Shown here one piece after another: positions 56,272-64,000 of a stretch of 64,000 nt of DNA. Under the pieces are notes generated by a model. That model was not told the origin of the DNA. It made no database searches and saw nothing but the letters and a program-made list of their open reading frames with translations. The position numbers were made by a program, and so were the translations under genes. Source of the stretch: Acidobacteriota bacterium (GTDB taxonomy: Bacteria > Acidobacteriota > Thermoanaerobaculia > Multivoradales > Multivoraceae); assembly GCA_029263415.1 (NCBI GenBank), contig JAJCXN010000041.1:141338-205337 (forward strand). The letters are read 5' to 3'. Within the stretch, counting starts at the first letter, position 1. Each line of letters starts with the position of its first letter.

Positions 56272-56445
56272 CGACTGACGACATACGACTGACCATCTGA
56301 CGATCGACCATGTGACGACCGACCACGTTCTAGAACTTTCCCGGGTACCTGCTTCTCGGAGCATCGTCGCCCCAACGAGGGGCACACAAAGGGGCAAGCG
56401 AGGGTTGCCGAAGCGAGTGCTAAGAGGACTTCTTCAGCACGCTTC

Positions 56446-58446
56446 TCAGTTGCACTTGCCCAGATGCTTTTCGAAGAAGTTCTCCAGGCGTGTGTACATG
56501 TCAGTCAGGTTGGCCGGGTCGCGAAACCCGTGCCCCTCGGGATAGGTCTTTGACTCGAACTCTTTGCCGAGCTCTTCGAGTCGCTCGACCGCGAGTTCGA
56601 AGTTGCGGAACGGTGCACGTACGTCACGCTCGCCGTGCATCATCAAGACGGGTGCGGTGATCTTGTCCATGCGTTCGAGTGTTTCGCTCTTGCGGTAGGT
56701 GTCGGGTCGTTCCTCGGGGGTTCCGCCATGGCCGGTGATGGTGAAGATCTTGCCGAGTCGATCAGCGAACGGCAGAGTGAGCGCCTCAGAGTAGATGCCG
56801 CGCATCGGTACAGCCGCGTCGAACTTTTCCGGCGTTCGGGTGATCGCTGACATTGATTGCATGCCGCCGTAGCTGCCACCGTAGATTCCAACTTTGCCAT
56901 TTGACCACGGCTGCGCGCGCAGCCAGTCGGCGGCGGCGCCTGGGTCTTTGGACTGATCGTTGAGCCAGTCCTCAACGTTCAGATCTTGAAACTCGCGACC
57001 GAAGCCTGAACCTCCTCGATAGTTGATCGCGAGCACCGGGAAGCCGCGGGCTGCTAGTACTTGCTCGGTGAGGTTGGTGCCCTGGTAGTAGGAGTTGGTG
57101 CCGCCGCCATGCACTTGCACTATGGCGGGGCAGCTGTTGGTATCTCCAGCGGTCTCGTGCAATAGGGTCGGAGGTAGATAGAGGAAACCCTGCAGATAGA
57201 GACCGTCAAAGGTGCGGAACGAGATCTCTTGCGGTACCTGCACGCCTTGGAAGCGGGGCGTGTGCGCAGTGAGTGCGCGTGGAGGTTCGCCAGCTGACTC
57301 AATCAGCCAAGCCTCCCGGCCCTCAGTGGGTGCGTCGCGCACTACCACCGCCTTGGTGCCATCCGAGCTGGCGTGCAGCGAAGACCAGGCGCCGCCTAGG
57401 TTGGTGACCCGGGTGGCAACGCCACCGACGGCGGGTACCGCCCAGAGGTCAAAAGTTCCGCGTTCGTGGTAGGGGAAGAATACGGTTTTGCCATCACCGG
57501 AGAAATACGGATCGAAGCGCATGATGAAGTCGGTTGCGTAGACCTGCATCTTGATCGGTGCTTCTCTTGTAGTGATTGGCTCCGTACCGCTGAGGTCCAA
57601 ATCGATGCGGAAGAGGTCGGCAAGATCTTGGTACCAATAGCCATCTTTGGCTGTACCCATGGTCACCAAGGTGGCGCTGCCGGTGGTCGACGTTGGCGAC
57701 CAGATGGGAGACGAAGACGCCATGAACTGGAGCGAGATCTGATGAGTCTTGCCACTTGCAACGTTGACCAGCCAAACGTCGTCGTGCCACCAGTCGTTCT
57801 GATTCGAGATGTAAGCGATCCACTTCCCATCGGGTGACCATTGGGGAGTGAAGCGGATGTCGTCGCCAACCGCAGCGCTGCTAGTGAGTTGATACCGCGC
57901 TGGCTCGTTGCCACCGTCATCGGTTTCCAGCAGGTAGATGTCTTGGTGACCTTCGGGACCGTACTGCGCACCGAACACCGCGATTTGATCCCCGTTGGGT
58001 GACCAAGACGGACTGCGCATCCCAGCTAGCGTCGAGGAAATGGGCGCCGGGTTGACGATGGCGGGTCGACCATCGGCGGTAACCTCTCCGAGCCAAAGTC
58101 TCTGGCCGTTGATCCAGGAGAGCTGGCGGCCGTCCGGCGACCACTCCGGCCAACGTCCGTCGACGGCCTCGCTCGCCACAGCATTCTCAGTGGTCGACCT
58201 CACCGTGATCCGTGAGCCTTGCACAACCGCCGCCACCAGTCCGTTGGGCGACAGCACAGCTCTTGAGACACCATCGTGGTGAAAGACGGTCTCCCAGGTC
58301 AGCGGCGGTGCGGCCTCTCCTTGGGTCTGTGGAAATCTCGGTTTCGTGCAGCCCAGGTTCAGTAGTGCGAGCGTGACGATTCCCAAGGATGCGAGGCGAG
58401 CAGACGAACGCGCCGCTATATGGCATCGGATTGACATGGTGTGCAC
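56446..58446 (-). CDS. S9 family serine peptidase (prolyl oligopeptidase/dipeptidyl aminopeptidase-like) with N-terminal TolB-like beta-propeller
   Basis: Catalytic Ser context GGSYGG, Asp in MMHGERDVRAP, His in EGHGF. N-terminal WSPDG repeats. Confidence 0.85.
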   Translation of the reverse strand: MHTMSIRCHIAARSSARLASLGIVTLALLNLGCTKPRFPQTQGEAAPPLTWETVFHHDGVSRAVLSPNGLVAAVVQGSRITVRSTTENAVASEAVDGRWPEWSPDGRQLSWINGQRLWLGEVTADGRPAIVNPAPISSTLAGMRSPSWSPNGDQIAVFGAQYGPEGHQDIYLLETDDGGNEPARYQLTSSAAVGDDIRFTPQWSPDGKWIAYISNQNDWWHDDVWLVNVASGKTHQISLQFMASSSPIWSPTSTTGSATLVTMGTAKDGYWYQDLADLFRIDLDLSGTEPITTREAPIKMQVYATDFIMRFDPYFSGDGKTVFFPYHERGTFDLWAVPAVGGVATRVTNLGGAWSSLHASSDGTKAVVVRDAPTEGREAWLIESAGEPPRALTAHTPRFQGVQVPQEISFRTFDGLYLQGFLYLPPTLLHETAGDTNSCPAIVQVHGGGTNSYYQGTNLTEQVLAARGFPVLAINYRGGSGFGREFQDLNVEDWLNDQSKDPGAAADWLRAQPWSNGKVGIYGGSYGGMQSMSAITRTPEKFDAAVPMRGIYSEALTLPFADRLGKIFTITGHGGTPEERPDTYRKSETLERMDKITAPVLMMHGERDVRAPFRNFELAVERLEELGKEFESKTYPEGHGFRDPANLTDMYTRLENFFEKHLGKCN

Positions 58447-59038
58447 CTCATGCAGGAGTTGGACTCAAGAACATTGCTTATTTGAGTCAGGAACAAGCTT
58501 AGAGGTTCCGCAGGAGGGCGAACGGTGTATAGGGGTTTTGCCGCCCTGAGATTAGGTGCCTCGGGTGGTACCGAGAGCGTCTTGATCGTGATCGCTGTGG
58601 CCCGCGACAACCATGTTCTTGTGATTGGGCAATGCAGGTTTGGTTCAGCACAACTGAGGGTCTTGCTCGACAAGTGCAGCCCGTCACTCTCAGGTGAGTC
58701 GCCGAATAATACACAGCTGCTCGTCGAGGAACTGAACGGCCTTAGCCGAGCTGGCGGGCGTAGCTGCTGGAGCTGAGAAGGCAGTCAGTGGCGCTCACGT
58801 TTTCCTGAAAAGCTGATCGCCGATTCCTAGTTTTGCTATGGTAAGTGAGACCGAGGACTCTCGGACTTTGAGTCCGGCGCACATCCAACGAGGAGCGAGC
58901 GCCGAACCTATTTGCGGATCATCTAACTTTTTCTTGTGCTTCCGTCGTTTCGCGCCTACCTCCTGGCGCCAACGATCCCCCCTCTTTCGGAGGGTTCCCT
59001 GTTTCGTACGCTTTGTGCGTACCTGTGCGGTATAGTCG

Positions 59039-59056
59039 ATCGAATTCAAATTCGAT
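59039..59056. promoter_or_regulatory. Perfect 8-bp-arm palindrome ATCGAATT-ca-AATTCGAT ~125 bp upstream of the TonB-dependent receptor gene, in an AT-richer divergent intergenic region
   Basis: Read directly from the sequence. Candidate dimeric-regulator operator by position only. Confidence 0.25.
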
Positions 59057-59180
59057 AAGAGACAGATCGGTTGGTTGGCCCTAAAGCCAATGTCCCACGA
59101 CGGGTGTTGACCGGTCGATCGATCCCTAAGGCTCTGAAACCCAGATGAGGCTTGAAAGCCCACAACCGGAGGTTGCATCC

Positions 59181-62100
59181 ATGAAGAACAGAATCGCATT
59201 AACCCTTGTCCTCGCCGGGACGATCGTCGCATTGCTCGGAGCGCCGCTCTTTGCAGACGGCGCCGAGACTGGCGTCGTCAGTGGCACGATTACGGACCCG
59301 GGTGGCGCTCCACTTCCCGGCGTTTCAGTCCTACTTGCAGGTGACCGTGGAGAGAATAATGCGATCACCGGCGCAGACGGCGGCTTTCGCTTCGCGCTGG
59401 TCCAACCTGGTAGCTACATCCTGACCGCCGAACTCGAAGGCTTAGGCAAGGCCCAGTCGGATGTCAACGTGACGGCTGGTAAACGTCAGAACCTCACGCT
59501 CGCTCTGCAGGCTGAAACATCTGAGACCATCACGGTGACCTCCGAGGCGCCAATGGTCGACAAGTTCAACGTCTCGGCTGGCCAGACGCTGAACGCAGAA
59601 GTGGGTACTGAAATTACCGGTGAAAATCGCACCTACTACGGTGTGATCAATTTCATGCCCGGGGTAACCAACGATGACGAGAACGCTGATCTCAGTAGCA
59701 GCCGTCCCAACATCAATGGCGCAACCTGGGCCGACTCCACCGTCTACATCGACGGTGTTGACACGACCTTTGCTCGTTACGGCGGCTCGCGCGTGTTCTT
59801 GCCCTCCTCGGCGACCACCGAAGTCACCCTTGAGTCTGGCGGCTTGTCAGCGGACTACGGTCGAACCGTTGGTTCTGCAACCAATGTTGTCGTCAAGTCG
59901 GGCACCAACAAGTACCACGGTGAAGCGGTCTACGGTCGCACCGAGGAAAGCTGGAACGATGAGTTCGACAGCCATCCCGAAATCGCGCAGCGGCAGACCA
60001 ATCCGCAACCCGCTGATTTCTTCAAGCGCACCGAACTTGAGAAGGAAGCCGAAGACAACCAGTATGAAATCGCTATCGGCGGTCCGTTCAAGCGCGACAA
60101 GGCGTGGTTCTTCCTTTCCGCAAACGACCTCAACTCCAACCGCACCGGAAAGACCATCAACGGTGATGCGGTGGACGAGAGTGGCGTGACCAAGTCACGC
60201 ATCGTGAAGCTGAATTTCCAGCCGAGCAACAAACAGTCGATCGCCCTGAGCTACATCGACACTCCGGTGTTCCGCAACTTCCGTTTGGCGCAGGTATTCG
60301 ATCGCTACACGATGACCCCGCACGACATCAGTGGTGAGTTGTTCTCCTTGAGCTACAACTACTCGTTGACTGAAAACCTGTTTGGCGAACTCAAGCTCGC
60401 TGATCAGACTTCAGGTGAGAACAAACTGCTGGCTTTCGGCGGTTTCGATCTTGACGAGGCGGTTCGGATCAAACAGCAAGATCCACGCTTCGCAGGCAAC
60501 CCTGCGTTCGGCTCTGACTTTCCCGGCAACAACTACAGTACCTACATTGATGAAGGTGGTTGGCACAACGGCTGGCTGCTCGACAATGGCTTCGGCACGA
60601 ACGAGTTCCCGAGGAAGCAGCTCAACTTGGCGCTCACTCAGTTTGTCGGTGACAACCACGAACTGAAGTACGGGCTCGATGCTCAAGAAGTGGAATGGAA
60701 CGGCGATGTGGCTCTTCCGAACCTCTACAGCGGCTCAGGCAACAACATCTTTGATTCGACGTCCATCTCTGGCTATCGCAATGACTTCGCGTTGAACCCG
60801 TTTGGCGTCGCCTGCGACTTTCGCAACGGTGACAGCTGTGTGAAGCAGGACTACAACACGCCCGAGCTCCTCGCGGACCTCGGTTCCAACGACACTGTCA
60901 GCCAGAATGTGGCTCTCTATCTAAGGGATCGGTTCACCGCTGGTGATCGTTGGACCTTCAACTTTGGGCTGCGTGCAGAGAACCAAGAGCACACCAATGA
61001 CATTGGCCGGGTCGTCATGGATTCCACTGACGTCTCACCGCGCTTGTCGATGGCCTATGACGTCACCGGCGATGGCAAGCAGTTGATCACGGCCTTCGTC
61101 GGCCGGAGTTTCAATCAGCTGCCGCAGCAGGCAATCAACGAGTACCTGCAGGATCAGTTCAACGGGTACAACGGGTACGAGCGTACGCTCTATCTCGACT
61201 GTGCATTCGTTGAATGCACACCCTTTCCGGGATTCCATTTTCCACTACCGCTTGGTTACAGCCTCAGCCTCGGTACCATCGTGCCGGGCGCACACTGGGA
61301 CTTAGTCGACGCTGGCGTCTACCAGTCTGATCTTGAGGCGTACCACAAGGACGAGGCAATCCTCGGTTGGGAATGGCAGTTCAGCAGGAACTGGGCATTT
61401 GACGCTAAGGGCATCTACTGGAAGGTCGACAACCTGATTGGTTCCACCACTCAATTGGCGGAGATCAATGGCCGGGTCAACGTCTTCACCTTGACCGCAA
61501 ACCATGACGACTACCCGACCATCCTGAACGCAATCCGCGACGCTGCGTCACCGGCGGCGCAGACGCGACTCGCAACACCCGAGGCTATCGCTCAGTACCA
61601 ACAACCGGAACGGAGTTACAAAGCGCTGCAGATGCAGCTCAACCGTCGTTTCGCTGAGGGCTGGGGCTGGTTCAACAACGTGACCTTTAGTCGGGCTGAA
61701 GGCTCGTCATTCGGCTCGGTGTTCAACAACACCAACGATACCTACGGCGAGAACATTGAGCAGGTCTTGACAACTGGGGACGTCGACAACTGCCAGGCAG
61801 CCCAAGCCAACCGGACGGTCCCAGTTGATTGTCATGCGGCTCTGGATCGGTTCGTCGGAACGCCGTTGTCGATCATCAACCGTGAGGGTCGCGCGGACTT
61901 TGATCGGGAAGTTATTTTCAAGTCGAGTGGCTGGAAGATCTTCAATTTCACCGACAAGCAGCACCTGACCTTGGGTGGTCATTTCACTTACCAATCTGGC
62001 AAACCCTGGGCGCGGACTGAGAGTGCTGGCGGTTCCGTGACTGGTGACATCCCGATCGGTCTTTCGGTCGGCGTGCCACTTGAGGCACCAGGCAGTCGTG

Positions 62101-62312
62101 AGCTGAGCTCACACTGGTGGATGAACCTCTCCGGTGCGTATGGTTTCCCGCTCTCAAGGAACAGAGTTCTTGGTGAGCTGCGAGTGGAAATCCAGAACGT
62201 CACGAACAACCAGGACCAGGTCGGCGTCACCAGTCGTGGTGAAGCGCGGGCTCTGCGTCGTGGCTTCCAGCGTCCGCGTCGCTTCCGGGTCTTGGCTTCG
62301 ATCAAGTTCTAA
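59181..62312 (+). CDS. TonB-dependent outer membrane receptor with N-terminal carboxypeptidase-regulatory-like domain (Oar-like)
   Basis: Signal peptide. CarboxypepD_reg-like GVVSGTITDPGGAPLPGVSVLLAG...GFRFALVQPGSYILTAEL. Plug region. C-terminal ...LASIKF aromatic terminus. GGAGG Shine-Dalgarno sequence 8 nt upstream. Confidence 0.85.
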   Translation: MKNRIALTLVLAGTIVALLGAPLFADGAETGVVSGTITDPGGAPLPGVSVLLAGDRGENNAITGADGGFRFALVQPGSYILTAELEGLGKAQSDVNVTAGKRQNLTLALQAETSETITVTSEAPMVDKFNVSAGQTLNAEVGTEITGENRTYYGVINFMPGVTNDDENADLSSSRPNINGATWADSTVYIDGVDTTFARYGGSRVFLPSSATTEVTLESGGLSADYGRTVGSATNVVVKSGTNKYHGEAVYGRTEESWNDEFDSHPEIAQRQTNPQPADFFKRTELEKEAEDNQYEIAIGGPFKRDKAWFFLSANDLNSNRTGKTINGDAVDESGVTKSRIVKLNFQPSNKQSIALSYIDTPVFRNFRLAQVFDRYTMTPHDISGELFSLSYNYSLTENLFGELKLADQTSGENKLLAFGGFDLDEAVRIKQQDPRFAGNPAFGSDFPGNNYSTYIDEGGWHNGWLLDNGFGTNEFPRKQLNLALTQFVGDNHELKYGLDAQEVEWNGDVALPNLYSGSGNNIFDSTSISGYRNDFALNPFGVACDFRNGDSCVKQDYNTPELLADLGSNDTVSQNVALYLRDRFTAGDRWTFNFGLRAENQEHTNDIGRVVMDSTDVSPRLSMAYDVTGDGKQLITAFVGRSFNQLPQQAINEYLQDQFNGYNGYERTLYLDCAFVECTPFPGFHFPLPLGYSLSLGTIVPGAHWDLVDAGVYQSDLEAYHKDEAILGWEWQFSRNWAFDAKGIYWKVDNLIGSTTQLAEINGRVNVFTLTANHDDYPTILNAIRDAASPAAQTRLATPEAIAQYQQPERSYKALQMQLNRRFAEGWGWFNNVTFSRAEGSSFGSVFNNTNDTYGENIEQVLTTGDVDNCQAAQANRTVPVDCHAALDRFVGTPLSIINREGRADFDREVIFKSSGWKIFNFTDKQHLTLGGHFTYQSGKPWARTESAGGSVTGDIPIGLSVGVPLEAPGSRELSSHWWMNLSGAYGFPLSRNRVLGELRVEIQNVTNNQDQVGVTSRGEARALRRGFQRPRRFRVLASIKF

Positions 62313-62627
62313 GCGACCTCTAACGAGCTAGCGGTGCCAGGTGGCACCTAAGTCTCGATAGCGCAAGACTCTCGTCGGGCGCTCTCCAAAGGGAGAGAGC
62401 TTGGCGGGAGTTTTCGCGTTCTAGGGGAGCGCGTAGCGGTCGGGGGAGTCTTGGTGTTGAGGCGATTCCGAGTTACCATCGCGCCTCTTCCAGTAGCTAT
62501 CATCACCGTCTCACGGCCCAAAGCCAGCTTGAGGATTCGCCCTCCGGTTTGGGTACTCACTCAGGCCCCCGCCCAGCCCTTCGCTGGGCCCTTCGCTTGG
62601 GCCCCCACTTCTAGACTCCCTATTGCC

Positions 62628-64000
62628 ATGCTGCCATTGACGTCAGACATCGACCCGCGGTCGCCCGAGTTCACCAAGAACAAGGCCGACATGCTGGAAC
62701 AGGTCGAAGAGATGAACGGCCTGCTCGCTGATGTTGCTCGTGGTGGCGGCGAAGAGGCGATGGCCCGGTTGCGCAAACGGGGAAAGATGCCGGTGCGCCA
62801 ACGGGTTGCGATGGCGCTTGACCGTGATACCGCGTTCCTGGAGATCAGCCTGCTGGCTGCGTGGGACTCCAACTACACGGTTGGTTCTGGTTTCATCGTT
62901 GGCATAGGTGTCATCTCTGGGGTTGAGTGCGTGATCCTTGGACATGATCCTTCGGTCCGCGCTGGCGCATTCAATGATTTCAATGCCAAGAAGCTCATGC
63001 GCGGCTTGGAGATCGCTCGCGTTAATCGACTGCCCTACGTGCAGTTCGTTGAGTCCGCAGGCGCCGATCTAAGAGGCGACGCCGGCGAGTCGCCAGAAGC
63101 GGCCCTCAAGCGTACGGTTGGACATTTTGCTGAGTCGGGCCGACTGTTCTATGAAATCTCAGAACTCTCGAAGTTGCGAATTCCCACGGTCTCGGTGGTG
63201 TTCGGTGCATCGACCGCGGGCGGCGCTTACCAACCCGGGATGAGTGACTACAACATCTTCGTCAAGAAGCAGGCCATGGTCTCGTTGGGTGGCCCACCCT
63301 TGGTCAAGATGGCGACAGGAGAAGATGCAGATCCTGAGAGCATCGGCGGCGCGGAAATGCATACCGCCACCTCGGGCCTCGGCGACTACCTGGCTGAAGA
63401 TGAGCGCGATGGTATTCGCATCCTGCGCGAGGTGGTCAGTCATCTCAACTGGAGCAAGAAGGGGCCTGGCCCCACGCTGCCAGCAGACGAACCTATCTAC
63501 GACTCAGAAGAACTGCTCGGTCTGATCGATCGGGATCTACGCGGTGCCGTTGATATCCGTGATGTTATTGCCCGGATTGTGGACGGTTCTCGCTTCGAAG
63601 AATTCAAGGCACGCTACGGCCCCACGCTGGTCTGCGGTTGGTCGTCCATTCATGGATTCCCGATCGGCATTCTGGGCAACAATGGTGCTCTGTTCTCGGA
63701 ATCGGCGGAGAAGGCAACCCAGTTCATCCAGCTGTGCAACCAGATCAACGTGCCGCTGCTGTTCCTGCACAACATCACTGGTTACATCGTTGGCACCGAT
63801 TTCGAGCAAGGTGGCATCACCAAGAACGGCTCGAAGATGATCAACGCAGTATCCAACTCAGAGGTACCGCATCTATCGGTGGTCGTGGGTGCCTCTTATG
63901 GTGCCGGCAACTACGGCATGAGTGGTCGGGCCTTCGACACACGGTTCATGTACGTTTGGCCAACCTCGAAGATCGCGGTGATGGGTGGCAAGCAGATGGC
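62628..64000 (+). CDS. Acyl-CoA carboxylase carboxyltransferase (beta) subunit, methylcrotonoyl-CoA carboxylase beta-like; 3' end truncated by the window edge
   Basis: Not in the ORF track because no stop occurs before the window end. Direct translation gives MLPLTSDIDPRSPEFTKNKADMLEQVEEMNGLLADVARGGGEEAMARLRKRGKMPVRQRVAMALDRDTAFLEIS...GVECVILGHDPSVRAGAFN, the carboxyltransferase N-domain signature. Confidence 0.75.
   Translation, partial: MLPLTSDIDPRSPEFTKNKADMLEQVEEMNGLLADVARGGGEEAMARLRKRGKMPVRQRVAMALDRDTAFLEISLLAAWDSNYTVGSGFIVGIGVISGVECVILGHDPSVRAGAFNDFNAKKLMRGLEIARVNRLPYVQFVESAGADLRGDAGESPEAALKRTVGHFAESGRLFYEISELSKLRIPTVSVVFGASTAGGAYQPGMSDYNIFVKKQAMVSLGGPPLVKMATGEDADPESIGGAEMHTATSGLGDYLAEDERDGIRILREVVSHLNWSKKGPGPTLPADEPIYDSEELLGLIDRDLRGAVDIRDVIARIVDGSRFEEFKARYGPTLVCGWSSIHGFPIGILGNNGALFSESAEKATQFIQLCNQINVPLLFLHNITGYIVGTDFEQGGITKNGSKMINAVSNSEVPHLSVVVGASYGAGNYGMSGRAFDTRFMYVWPTSKIAVMGGKQM

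Overview
This is a high-GC (~60-65%) chromosomal segment from a Gram-negative bacterium. Its gene content (CYP153, PQQ quinoproteins, TonB-dependent receptor, MATE and MFS pumps) resembles a marine or aquatic gammaproteobacterial hydrocarbon/oligotroph lifestyle; that placement is inference only. About 43 protein genes fill the window almost completely. There are no rRNA, tRNA, CRISPR, integrase or transposase genes that I can support.

The provided ORF track lists only ORFs closed by a stop inside the window, so it misses two edge-truncated genes I could read directly: an M14 peptidase on the minus strand from position 1 to 1578, and an acyl-CoA carboxyltransferase beta gene from 62628 running off the 3' end.

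Recognisable content:
- two tandem M14 carboxypeptidase paralogs
- a putidaredoxin-type ferredoxin plus CYP153-family P450 (alkane/terminal hydroxylase type) followed by a DUF2235 hydrolase
- a TetA-like MFS pump
- a YceI-TPR protein
- a winged-helix ORF translationally coupled (TAATG) to an 875-aa AAA_16/TPR regulator
- an Acidobacteria-type VWA protein
- a PQQ quinoprotein dehydrogenase
- a FabY-like long beta-ketoacyl synthase divergent from a GlxA/AraC regulator
- a co-directional block: PQQ-like beta-propeller, then a mono-heme cytochrome c fused to a peptidylglycine-monooxygenase-like copper domain, then a Na+/solute symporter
- an acyl-CoA synthetase, a MATE pump, a PAS hybrid histidine kinase, a family-III CoA-transferase, a LysA-like decarboxylase and a FAH hydrolase
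- an MshEN-domain protein, an ArsM-like methyltransferase, an M20 peptidase, a PDZ protein, RluA and a YegS-type lipid kinase
- an S9 peptidase and an Oar-like TonB-dependent receptor

Two ~350-aa secreted proteins of unknown family are paralogs of each other (17263-18318 and 55159-56271).

Non-coding highlights:
- a ~650-bp nested imperfect inverted repeat (31.9-32.6 kb) containing two REP-like hairpins, in a 1.6-kb gene-poor gap
- an array of CCCRYGGG palindromes upstream of the symporter
- GTGAC direct repeats at 11-bp spacing upstream of the YceI-TPR gene
- several short tandem repeats

The most novel-looking candidate is the GlxA -> beta-propeller -> heme c::Cu-monooxygenase-like -> symporter module.
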